Positions 40,187 to 52,572 of a stretch of 64,000 bases of DNA are shown here, piece after piece. The notes under the pieces were generated by a model. It saw only the letters and a program-made list of their open reading frames with translations, had not been told where the DNA came from and made no database searches. Origin of the DNA: Euprymna scolopes. Its lineage: Eukaryota. The DNA lies in NCBI GenBank assembly GCA_053919585.1, contig CM132804.1; one strand, given 5' to 3'. Both the position numbers and the translations under genes were made by a program. Every line of letters starts with the position of its first letter. Position 1 is the first letter of the stretch.

Positions 40187-40474
40187 GTTGTTGTTGTTGT
40201 TGTTGTTGTTCTTGTTTTTGTTCTAATTGCTATTAATAATATGAGTAGTAGTAGTAGTAGTAGTGGTAGTAGTAGTAAGATATTTACAGTCATTTTTTAT
40301 TATTATATAACTGCCAATTACCGTTTGCTTTTAATATTTAATACACACTAAATACATGGTTAAATATACTTTACTTCTGTAGTTCGAGTTATGTTTCCAA
40401 AATTCCTTATTAATTGTTTTTATACGTGTCATTTATAATTAACTAAGGATATCATCAATAACCATTCTTTACTA

Positions 40475-41140
40475 TACAAGTAGCCCCATTGCAGCCAGAT
40501 GGCTGCTTATTGTGAAAGAATAAGCGATGGTCTAAATTAACCACCCTGTTCAAATCAGAGAAAGTCACTTTTTTTTTCTTTTTTAACCAGACGGAGAAAA
40601 TGGAAGTATTTTTTTTTAAAAGTAAACAAAAACAATCTTGTATTTTTCAACCAATATTAATTGAAACCGTTTTACTTACTTTCTTTTTTTTTGTTGCAAA
40701 TCAGAGAAAGTCTTTTTTTTTATTTTGTTAATCAGACGGAAAAAATGGAAGTATTTTTTTTAATAAAAAAATCTTGTATATTGCAACCAATATTAATCGA
40801 CTGCTGCTGATACTCCCACCGATTTAATACCTCTCACCACCACTTTGCCTAACGGCTGCTAATGCTACTCCCACTAATTTAACACATATCACCACTACTA
40901 TTGTTTTCTCTGCTGCTACTCCCTCCGATTCAACTCCTATCACCACTACTACTTTGCATTTATTTGCATTTATTTTGCATTTCCATACATCAAACATGGA
41001 TATAAATACCAGTAAAATATCCGCCGGGTCATAAACTTCATTTTAGTACCTAAATCGGCTGGGTGGGTTGCCTGTAGGCTGACTTAAACCGCATCACACA
41101 CACGCACCCACAGACATTACATACATTTATAATAGGATGT
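40475..41140 (-). mobile_element. Possible Helitron-like element with internal tandem duplications
   Basis: gcagcc-agat-ggctgc hairpin near one end, TCCTATTATAAA start on the minus strand; ~145-bp duplication (40550/40697) and ~55-bp subrepeats at 40800-40950. Confidence 0.35.
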
Positions 41141-42332
41141 GTACTTATCTCGTCTACTCTCACTGATAAGGCTGCCAGAATAAATCAGCTTCATGACTTT
41201 AGTGAACCGTCTATTGATTTTATCGTTTTTCCTACTCGTTACAAACCTTAATCATATGCTACAAAGTAAAAAAACAAAACAGCAATCTTCCTCACCAAAT
41301 ACATATTTCCACAAATAAATAATTTTCATTGTTTTAAACTTGTTGGATTTGGCATTAATTAAGCAAAAAGGGTTGATATTACGTAAAAAAACACATCTAA
41401 CTAAACTCTATGAGTACATATTTGGAGATATTAAGTATATAATAGTTTTTGAAGATGACTGAATCCGACATTAAGCAAATCAATATGGTTAGATATGACG
41501 TAAATACATTCGATATATATACTATATACAAAACTCAACCATAAAAAACTATCTTACTAAATTGCTTGATTCGGCATTGGATATACAAGAAAAAAGCCAA
41601 ACCATTAATCTTCATTGTATGTTGAAATAACTATTGTCTAATATACCTTAACGCTTCTGTATGACAGAACATTAGCTACTCTGTCCAAATATGTCGGAGT
41701 TTTGTTAAAGTTTTAAAGTTTTCCGTTGTGATAATTTAATTGCTTCTAACGATATTATCCAATGAATCGAATTCAATAAATAACGATAATCACCGACAAA
41801 TTCGATCGCCAGATGAATTCAATTCTATTTCAAATACTAAATCGATTTGAAATAGAAATAATACAAACTCTTTGATTGATGGAAAAAGGAATGGAATTCG
41901 GAGACATTTATTCTTATTCATTCATTTATTTATTTATACGCAAACATTATACGATTAGAAATGAATAAGTTATGCCCGATTACTTATTAAGCTAAAGACA
42001 GCATGGCGAACTTTAATTAGTCTACTCATCGCGTTTTTATTCATGAATTAATTTATTGTTCTATCCACTACTTAGACGATTGCCCTCAAAGGCGTAACCT
42101 CCAGCCAGAAGAAGTTATTTAATTGCAAATCGCTTTCAGTGTTCCTATAATTGAAATTCCATTGAACTGCTCAGGCATTTTTAAAGCAAGCTGTATTTAC
42201 ACAAAAACGTTCGATTAAAAAAATAACAGCTAAACTTGTGTCTAACTTCCTTACATGGAGGTATATTATATGATAATATATATTTTGATTATTACAATTG
42301 AAATAAAAGCTGATTTTATTCGAAAATTAGCG

Positions 42333-42383
<51 letters not shown>

Positions 42384-43741
42384 TCATTAGTATTTCTTAG
42401 ACAGGTTAACATAAAAGATTACTAACTTGCAACAACCGGTGTTTTTGCTGGAGTTTTGATTACAACTCATTTCTGCATATTTTCAATACTCTTGTCATTG
42501 CAGTCATCGCTTGCCTTTTACTTATAGTTTGCAATGACCATTAGTCATCATTAAAGGTCTCAGGTCTTATCGCATTTATCCAGTGATGGTCTGCTCGGTG
42601 CTTTCCCACCTTGGTTTTACCCCTTCTTCAATATTATAGACTGTTCGCTATGGCGCCAGTTTTTATCGGTACTACAATAGTTTTGGTGGGGGGTGTTGAT
42701 TTACGATTTTACATTTTCAGTTTTAATTGTTCCATCCATGTTTCTCTATCTTGCTATTTTAAATTTGTTACTGTTTACATACGCTTGTAGCGCATGCGTT
42801 TTAGCCTCCGCATCAAGAGTGTTTCTTAATATTTTACTTGTTTTCATTATTTTCTTTTGTATCTCCTGTCTAAGTGTTTTTGTGAGTTTCCTCTTTTGTC
42901 ACCTTTATAAATTAGGCTGTTTTCCTCCAATGTATTTTATGGTTCAGCACCCACGTTCTTTGTTTCTTTTCTTTGTCATTTTTGCAGTATCTCTTGCTAC
43001 AGTGATTAGCCCTTCTATGGTCTGCGAAATGTAGTTTTCTGATATGTTATCGTGTGTTTCACACAGTCTTCCATACTTATCAGCCACTTTTATTCGTCTT
43101 TTGTTTTCACATAGAATCCTTTAGCATTGCGCTACTAAAGCATTGTGTATTATTAATCTGGTGCTACTAGACCATGCTGTCTGAAAATATTGGCTTTCTG
43201 GTATATGATTTTGTTTTTCTATTCCCCTTTGCAAAACTGAATTAGGTTCTACAAAATCAAATACAACAGTCTTTTCCCCCCCTTTCGCCTTTTTTTCATT
43301 TTTCCCTTACAAATCAATCAGACCAAATACCATGAATAAATATTTGAAGATATAAAAAAACTGGAAACTTTAACTTGTTTCCAAAATTACAAGATCCGGC
43401 ATTAAACAACATGAAAAAGGTTAATATGCCGTAAAATAAACTAAATCAAAGAAAGAAAGAAGTATTGTCATCAGTCTTCAAAACTATCTCAGTTCACTTT
43501 TTGTCCAACCGGTAAACAGTCCAGAGTATCTTACTAGTTACTCTTCTCATGTATTTATGCATTTTATTGTGTTCCTTTTATATAATTAAATGTTCAGGAG
43601 TTTTCCATTTCTTCTTATTTATTCATTTTTGTTTATTCTGTTTCTCTTGGTTTATATTACTTTGATCGTGTCGTCTTCCAGAACTCCCACATAATCTCCA
43701 CATGATTGTGTAGTTTTATTCATTTTGGTGCTTTAACTTTA

Positions 43742-43800
<59 letters not shown>

Positions 43801-43953
43801 TTAAAGGAGATTAGAACAATAGTCTAAAGAGCTGAGTGTATTTCAATGTAACAGTGAAATCACTAGTTTCACTAAAATACAGAAAAGAAAAAGTGCCCGT
43901 TGTAATTTAGATATATAATAAGCTCGATAGGTAAATATCCTAGAGCTAATTTA

Positions 43954-44266
43954 ATATTAAGTAATGTGATTGATAATTTAAAATTAAAAAAAAAAATTAT
44001 GATCAAATTAAAAATCAGTTTCACAAGAAGGAACAGCAACAAAATCAATTATCTGTACGATCGTTTCGGAAAACCGAGGAGACCTTGTTTATTAAAAAAC
44101 TATATGTAATAATTATTGTCCGTAACTTGATGTCTACCAAAATAAAAACACGGTTTTCCGAAACGATCGTACCGATAATTGATTTTGTTGTTGTTCCTTC
44201 TTGTGAAACTGATTTTTAATTTGATTATAATTTGTTTTTTAAATTTTAAATTATCAATCACATTAC

Positions 44267-44273
<7 letters not shown>
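43954..44273. mobile_element. Fold-back (MITE-like) element, ~122-bp TIRs
   Basis: attaagtaatgtgattgataat...cgatcgtttcggaaaaccg mirrored by cggttttccgaaacgatcg...attatcaatcacattacttaat; ~75-bp spacer; TA or TTAA at the ends, (TA)n on the right. Confidence 0.85.
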
Positions 44274-44332
<59 letters not shown>

Positions 44333-44404
44333 CCCGACGAATCCTATAGTGGATGAAATGCAGAATATTCAGTGTAGCTTAATCGCCATATATATTTTAT
44401 AAAT

Positions 44405-44474
<70 letters not shown>

Positions 44475-46092
44475 CTATCAGTGCGAACATTATCATTCGG
44501 AAATCCATTTGAATATACTGGCTTCAAATTTTGCTTGCTTATAAGCATAACTAATTTCTCTTTTGTTTCTTGCAAAAAGTGTCAGTTGTACCATATAAAT
44601 TAGGTTGTTCGTCTCTATTAATAAATTTATTCGGCTGTGCGTTTTGTTAAACGGACTCATAGCTACAGTAGTCAATAGTAAAGTTAAGAAATGTTCATGA
44701 TAAGTACTCCATTGTAACTTTAATCTAAGTTATGTATTGTAAATCAGTTATCAATTCAAATATCTGTGTTTTCATTGCGTTTTAAATCAGATTGTAAAAC
44801 TGATATGATATCTCGTACAGCATCAGGCATTCTAATATCTACGATAGAGGAATTATATCATATGTTTTCTTGTTGTCTATCCATGCCATGGCTGTGCTCT
44901 TTTTTTTCCTAGTTTTACCGCTTTCAGAATCATTTGGTCTATGTATTGTAGATATTTCGTTCATCTGTTCGCTTTGGTGGCATCTCTCTGGAGAGTGATA
45001 AATATTTTCTCTCAGTTGTAATGTTAAGATATATTACTTGGTTAGTAAGCAGGTTATGACCTGTAGTTGTTACTACCGTTTATTTTTAGGTGTCCTTTTG
45101 TATCAGCAGTTCCACATTTGATCATCCCTCTCGCACGTCAACTTTGATGATCATCTTTTAAGGTTTTGAATTTGTTTGGATGTAGCGTCATATTATTTAG
45201 TACTCTCTAATTTTCCATTATCCTTATGGTCGAATCTAGTGTTTCAGTATAAGGTAAACATACCAATTATTGTTCATCGCAATAAAAGATTGTGTTTCCT
45301 TGATTTTGTGTCACCACAAGACGCTTTCTTGATAATATTTTCTATTGGAATTCAATAGAATTTTATTGGCAATAATCCAGGATTAGAATAGTTATTGGTG
45401 TTACTGTTGGTAATAGCATAACTAGTAGTACCATTGAAAACATAAATAATAGTAGGTCTAGTACTAGTATTACTATAAATAGTAATATTATATTCAGGTA
45501 GACGGAACATTATGCAAAATTGGGTGCAATTCTTCTAATATTTGTGATGGCTTCTAATTTATTTACTGTTCTTAGTATTATTATTATTAGTAGTAGTAGA
45601 TATAAGAGTAGAAATAATAGTAGTCGAAATAGTAGTACCTTTTACATTGTACAACACTGTAATATGTCGGTCATTTTCTGTGTGGGGCATGTGAAATTTG
45701 GTGCAATTCTAGCGAATAGAATTAAAGTCTAAAATATTGTAAGCAGAGTGAAGACAACCATTCTCAAGTATCAGATATAAACACATATATGACTATGCAT
45801 GCAGACCTATCTTTCTATATATTTATCTGTTTTATATCACTCTCATATATATTTGTGTGCGCGCATGTGTGTGTCTCTAGATGTGTATATATTGCATACA
45901 TTTGTTACGACCGAATTTAAATCTGACCTTATAATTAATTATTTTTATAATCTTTATTATTGAGCAAAACTTTGCTGACCAAAATAAAAATAAAACATAC
46001 ACGCTAAGAGGATTACAGCGTTGCTTTCAACGCTAGACAGATAATTGAAATGACTAGCGGATAATACACCTTTTCTGACAGGAACATATTTT

Positions 46093-46149
<57 letters not shown>

Positions 46150-47379
46150 ATGTGTGTGTGTAGACATACCTATTTGTATTTGTATATATGTACAGAGAAA
46201 ACAGAGAAAACAGAGAAATGATGACGGTCGTGTAATACGAGGACGTCATGTCGATAGTGCACGCATTATAGTAATATCTAATTAAAAAACAGATTTTAAA
46301 TAGATGAACACGCTTGTCATAAACATGAAAATATAACTTCGGCTCATAAGGAAACTCATTTATACACAAAGACAACAACATTTTTCTAATAATTGATAGT
46401 ATTCTCTTTGTTATGTCGATTGTTAGTGTATAGTTAATTTTTAATAGCTAGTACGTTAAATGAAACTACCCGAATAAAAACATCAGTTCCATATTTCGTT
46501 GGTGAGAAATATTCAGAATGTATATAAACCCATAAGAATTTACATCTGAAAGATTGAAAAGTTTATCTGATCGAAGTTATTTAGAAAATCAGTGGCATTC
46601 CTTCAGTGTTATTTTGTATATGTACCAAGTCGTCTATTTACGAGAGGTGACTTTTGCAATTGCTCGTTTAATTTCCTTTGTGATATATATTTTTTCTCTG
46701 CGTGATTTTTTATGTTGTGCTGTTAGTATTTATTAACCTGCGATTGGTTCGTTATATTCTGGGACCGTACCTAAGAATAGGTAACATTCCAAAGATGTTC
46801 AACTGATCCTGCATATTGATTATTTAATGAGCCAGCAACGATAATGACGCCCCTGCCCATCTTTTGATCTCTATTGTTCTTTTTATATTTTTGATGTCAT
46901 TTCTAGTTGTATACTATACATCGATTTGGTAAAACTGGGCTTATTTTAACTTCGATCCGGACTAGTGGTTACCCCTCCTGTGTTTGAAAACAAATGTGAT
47001 ATACCGCTGAGGTGGTCGTTTTTGTTATAATAACCAATTACTTTTCTTATATATTTAGGAGAACAGGAAAAATAAAGCAGTGAAAACAGGAAACGTTATT
47101 TCACTCCCAATATTGACATGTGAAGTTAGTGCTTGACGAGTTAAAAAGTAAAGAAGCATCAAATTAATAAACAGACAAACTACGTCTACAATAGAAGAGA
47201 ACAAAAAATAGTGTCGCAATAAGATTTAAGAAACTTATAATATAAAACTATGCTGCTTAATATTAACATTATTATAGCATTATTATGACTGTAGTACTAT
47301 TATACTTTTTATAATGAACAATGAACAATGTTTTTATTTATGTTTTTAAGATTTTTTATTGAATGTAATATTTACTGGC

Positions 47380-47572
47380 GTGAATATACTTTTTAATTTT
47401 TAGTGTTATTATTAGTGTTAATATACTTTCTAATTTTTAGTGGTATTGTTAGTGTTAATATACTTTCTACTTTTTAGTGTTATTATTAGTGTTAATATAA
47501 TTTTTTGTTAGTGTTATTATTAGTCTTAATATACTTTTTAATTTTTAGTGCTATTGTTAGTGTTAATATAGT
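47380..47572. repeat. ~32-bp minisatellite, about 6 copies
   Basis: Repeats of ttttagtgttattattagtgttaatatactttttaa. Confidence 0.85.
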
Positions 47573-47609
47573 TCTTATTATTTATAGTTTTATTGGTTAT
47601 TTTACGCAC

Positions 47610-48480
47610 GTTCTCCCCTGACAAGTGATATCGCCACTTGGACGTTAGAGGCTACTATTAAGGAGCATGCTTAGAAATAATAAACAAGATGTTGGTTTAC
47701 GTTACATTTAAACTTCTACATATGAGTACAGTCAGGAAAGCAGGTAGCAGGAAGGGAATTCCAATGCCTAACTGTTCGAGCAGAAGAAACTATAATAGAA
47801 GATATGTATATGTATAAGACAAGGCTTAGAGCTTAGTTGAACATAGTGGGATCAATTAGATTGAAAAATGTATTTCTACACAGGAGGGGAGGTTATTGGT
47901 AGACGCACCAGCCAAGATGTAGCAACAATACTTGATGTATGGGCGAATAGTATGTATTCATTTGCTTTCCCACTGAGCAAATGAGGCACAAGGCCGTTTT
48001 TAAATGTGGAGAGAGAGGGAAGGGGTAGGGGAAAGGGGACCAACTCCCGATGTGTGGGAAATGGGAGCTGGATAGTGACAACTGGTATGAAGGGTTGCTC
48101 CTACATTGACCAAGGTCTTATATGTGGGGTTTCCCCCAGATATGGTCTTTGCTCGGAGTATCTGACGGAACAGATACTATGCTTCGATCTTGTCGCCCGG
48201 ATCGCAAAGGGAAGTACATGATACTCTCCGGTTTGAGTTGTCTTCTAGATCGGTTGAGGGATCTTACTTTATTAGCAGCAGCTTTCGCCATGTCCTCAGT
48301 GTTTTTGTTCGAGTCCATACAACCCGTAAATATAAGGCCAGGGAATTGGAAGGAAGAATTCTCAGATTATTTTACATGGATGTCGATGGTTGGAATGACG
48401 TCTTATTTGTGTTACCCTGTGAAAGTTAAACGGGACAATTTATAAAGAGAAAGACCTTAATGTTCACCGATACATTAGTG
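47610..48480 (-). mobile_element. CR1-group LINE fragment split by a U2-headed insertion
   Basis: AAANKVRSLNRSRRQLKPESIMY on one side and TIRPYIKYCCYILAGAS on the other; these motifs are contiguous in the copies at 6650-6740 and 26560-26650. Confidence 0.82.
47954..48213 (-). mobile_element. Dispersed U2-snRNA-headed repeat (subfamily A)
   Basis: Minus strand caagatcgaagcatagtatctgttccgtcagatact...gcaaagaccatatctgggggaaaccccacatataagaccttggtcaatgtagg...gcaaatgaatac, colinear with 54251-54494. Confidence 0.9.
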
Positions 48481-49479
48481 TAGTCCTAGGTGGTTAAGAT
48501 TTTTAAAAACCCAAGAAAGTTCAATAGCGGGTGCTTGATGACTAATACAATGACGCTGTTAATGCGGGATTCTTTTAGTCATCGCCTAAACAGTGGTCCA
48601 TAGAAAAAGGACAACAATAATAAAAAAATAATTGAAAAAATATTGAAAAAATAAAGTTAACAACTAAAAGTCTCAAGGGATATATGCGTGCTGCGTGCCT
48701 CTGTATGCCGACGTTAGGTTGGCATTCCGCTTTTCCTGCTTGCTGTCTTTTGAGAGAAATCAACTGAAATGGATTGCATTTGTTTGTTCTTTAGTCACAA
48801 ATGCCATAGGCATCAATGAGAAGAACACTAATCGTAAATCCTTGTTTTTTTTAATAAAAATTAAATATAAAAAACAATATAATAGTGTAACTTTAGAGTT
48901 ATCAAAAAAATATATGATTTTTTGTTTTATTTTTCAACAACACAGCGTGCATGAACAGTTGTTAAAAAAAAACTTTTGCGACGACCGACTGTCTTTTTCT
49001 CATCTATTTTTGTTCCCCCGCTTTCTTTCGGCAAGTGAGCAGGTGGTGTAGTGTGTGGCTTAATCTTACATGCTAAAACTCGGTAAAAAAAGAGGTTCGC
49101 AAGGTGAGGGTGAACGAAGTCTGGGTTTTTATTCAGATAATCTATCTACATAGCGTCAACATTGAATTCGCCCATATTGGCTAAATTGGTAAAATTCTTA
49201 AGTACCTTTCAATCAGTAGTTTTTCACCCAGGATTCTCTGAAACCAAAAACTCGGATTCATATCCGAAACAAAACAATTGTGCCTACTATCCTATACCAT
49301 GCATGGCTCTCTTCACAAAACAATAATATTATTAAATATTATTATCAACCCGTAATTGCCTCAGATAAAGTAATTTTTCTTTCTTTTAGTTTGCGTTACT
49401 AACCTTACAAACTGAATCAGAGAGACAGCTGGTTGCTACCCAGGATTATTTACATAATAAACAGCTCTAATTCAGTTCC

Positions 49480-50400
49480 AATTAAAATGTCACTGATGTG
49501 ATTTTCGACCATCACAGAGGTGGGTCCCACTAGTATTAAATGTTACGATCAATTTGCGACCCTACTCGATTACAGTCTGTAGGTCAGTTTCTAATGACTC
49601 TGCCATTGTATTTGATTAATGTACATCCGTTCTTCCTTCCTGTATACCATAGAACGTTGTATTATCAGAAAATATACCCATCGTGGACCAAATATTATCA
49701 TGAAGCTCATTCGTGAATATCAAAAATAAAAGTGGTCTAAGGACTGACGTCTGAGGCACTCCCGCATTAATGTTATACTGCTTCGTCCATCACTGAGAAC
49801 CTGGATAATCCTATTGTCTAAGAAGGATCTAAGTACATTAAGTATACCTCGAGTTATACTGTACGATTAGCTTTACATGCTCAGCCTTTCGTGTCAGACT
49901 TTCTTAATGCATGGTATATGCATACAGAGATTACTGTTAAAATATCTACAGGACACCTACATTGCTAAATGAATACTGTTTGTCAGGGAGAAGATTAGCT
50001 TTGGCTAGGTGGTGGACTAGTGATTGATTACATAAGATTTTAGGGAAGAGATGGGACCGACTGATAGGGCTATAATTGAGAAGGTCAGTCCTTTTATCAG
50101 AATTCGTGTATACTGGAATCACAAATGCCATCTTCCAGTTATTAGGGAAGCAGGATTGAGGAAGGTATTTATTGTTGATCATGGAAAGTACAGAGGCTGT
50201 CCCAGTCGAGCAGGGAGAAGATCGGGCTCACAACTCTTGGTGGTGTTTAAGTTTTTTATGATATCACGGACATGAGGAGGGATGATTTTTACATCATCTA
50301 GTGTGACTTCAGTCCGCATAGGGAAATTTGAGCGGAAGTTGTTTGTCAGCTCGAAGGTGCGGGTGAATCAACGGCAAGCAGTTTCATCTTCTCGGCTGCC
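49480..50400 (-). mobile_element. CR1-group LINE RT fragment
   Basis: FPNNWKMAFVIPVY...NYSPIS, LLPDKQYSF, AGVPQTSVLRPLLFLIFTNE (GVPQGSVLGP motif). Confidence 0.85.
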
Positions 50401-50796
50401 ATGCATGCGATCTTTCTGTTGCTGAAAAGTAGAGATATTACTTATTGCCCATTATTCAATACTAATATAGATTTTTCAGAAATAAAAATTTCTTATATTT
50501 TGTGATTCTATAGGTTTTCCAGTTATTCCAGCAGGCTTTCATTTGGTTGTCGCTCTTTCTCTCTTCCAATGATTTCTAGCATCTAGGAATTTATGAATAT
50601 GAAGTCAAGTTCTATTGTAATTATGATATGTAGTGTTATTGATAGTGCTATTGTCATTAGTATTATACTTTATACCAAAAGTAGTGGAATTGTTATACTT
50701 CTAATTATTCATAGTGTCATTTCTTAATGTTATTTGTAATCTGCTGTAATTATTATCATCCTTAATTAAAATACTTTTTTTTATAATTTTTAATTT

Positions 50797-50835
<39 letters not shown>

Positions 50836-52018
50836 TATTATTATTAATATTATTATTATTATTGTCATACGTTCTCGGTGTAATCTATGCTTTATTGTCT
50901 TATTATATGATTATTAATAACCATAGACCATCCCTCTATTTAATCTTTTGCACGTATTGCCTAAATAAAGTATATACAATGTTCGCATGATGTCGACTGA
51001 ATGTCTTCTTTTCGTTATCAAAGGCGGGCAACCGCTCTTAATGCACGGATTTTTCTTCTCGGCCCCATGCTTTTCATGATTTAATTATGTATATTGCAAC
51101 ATAGGGCGGCATAGGCTTTCTTCTTTCTGGTTATCATGTCTAAGGAATCTATGGCTGATAAAGAAAAAACAGTGCACCCAAACATGATCCCTGCCCAATG
51201 TTTATAATAAACAATGTTCGTAACTATTATATGTAATGCTTTATATCTCGGGAACATAGATTTGTTGGACATGTTCATATAAGGAACATGATTCCAAAGT
51301 TATACCATAAATTTTCCAACACATATATTGGAATAAAAAATGATTTTATTAATCAACCAATTCATTGGTCATGGATTTTTTTAATGCTATATCGAGTTAT
51401 CACATACCTTGATTGAATCTCATCTACGTTTAAAATAATGTGTTTTTACAGAATTTTGAATATTTTCCAACTTTCCTTATTATTTTTTTTTATTAAATGG
51501 AGTGTAGTAATCCCTGTACTTACCAACTTTTCATTTTTAAATTTATGCAAAATTATATACTATTACTTGCGTATTACTACCTTTCAACGGAAAATCCTAA
51601 TGTTTAAGTCATCGTGGAATATATATATATATATATATATATTTACATATATATGTATAGATCTATAATTATATATACATATATATATATATGCATATAC
51701 ATATATTTACATATGAATATGTATTTTTTATTTAGTTGAATAAGTAAATTTTACTTTACACCATTTTTAATTTGTGTAATATAAATATTTTATCTTCAAC
51801 ATTCGTATCTAATATATATGTTAATATTACCTAATTAAATATATACTAATATAGAATGAACCCTGCACACCGATAAAATTTACAGTATACTCAAGTATTA
51901 TTTTCATAGAATTCGTTTCGTTTTTAATAAAGGTAGATGACTGCTTAAATACCAAAATAAAGTATGTGCAAAAACTACAACATCGTTTAAGGCATCTTAA
52001 ATTACACATTACACTTTT

Positions 52019-52076
<58 letters not shown>

Positions 52077-52140
52077 AATATATATATATATGTTTGGAGA
52101 TACAGGATTTATATACAGTTTTGAAAATAATAAGCGGAAG

Positions 52141-52181
52141 TTTCTCAAGAGCTCTTTCGGCTATCATTTCATCAGGAGAAA
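52141..52181 (-). ncRNA. Minimal Penelope-type hammerhead ribozyme (weak stem II)
   Basis: Minus strand tttctc-CTGATGA-aatgatagcc-GAA-agagctct (palindrome)-t-gagaaa; 6-bp stem I. Confidence 0.6.
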
Positions 52182-52524
52182 ATTGATAGTGTACAAAATA
52201 ATATTATGTCGAAAATAAAGACTTCTACTGGGGAACTTATTGAATGTGCCAAAAGTAAAGGGACACTAAAATAAATTTATTACCGTTTAAAAACGATTAA
52301 AATATAGGCACAACGAGGGGAAAAAACAAAAAAACAAAACGGGAGAAAAGATTCAAAGTTCCCCAAAGAGAAACACTGCGTTGGGTGTTTCCTTTTGCCG
52401 GCACAAAGAAGGTTGTGTGTATATATATGAAGAATATATAACTAGTTTTCATATAATGCAGTTTTAGTTTAAGCCAATATCAGGAAATGTATAACTTCGC
52501 TACGACATTGATTTTTAAATATCT

Positions 52525-52572
52525 TTCCTCTGATGAGAAGGGCTATTGTTCCTTGACATTCCGCGAATAAAA
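52525..52572 (+). ncRNA. Degenerate hammerhead-like motif
   Basis: CTGATGA-g-aaggg ctattgt tcctt-GACA-ttccgcgaat (near palindrome); GAAA mutated to GACA. Confidence 0.35.

Larger units (their letters stand above)
1321..52090. repeat. Numerous dispersed microsatellites: (TA)n, (CA)n, (AAT)n, (TAG)n/(TTG)n
   Basis: Examples: (TA)n at 1322, 2286, 7687, 12078, 21293, 23748, 38555, 43746, 44270, 52022; (AAT)n at 10388 and 24003; compound (ATT)(GTT)(AGT) at 40137-40278. Confidence 0.97.

Noticed and set aside
44333-44370. Hammerhead-like ccgacga-atcc..ggat-gaaa
   Set aside because: Core mutated and no stem I or stem III pairing.
42480-45360. Possible R4/Dong-like retroelement debris
   Set aside because: Suggestive composition only; no diagnostic motif.
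45903-46086. Second solo-LTR candidate (tgttac...ggaaca)
   Set aside because: The flanks (acatt/tattt) do not form a TSD.
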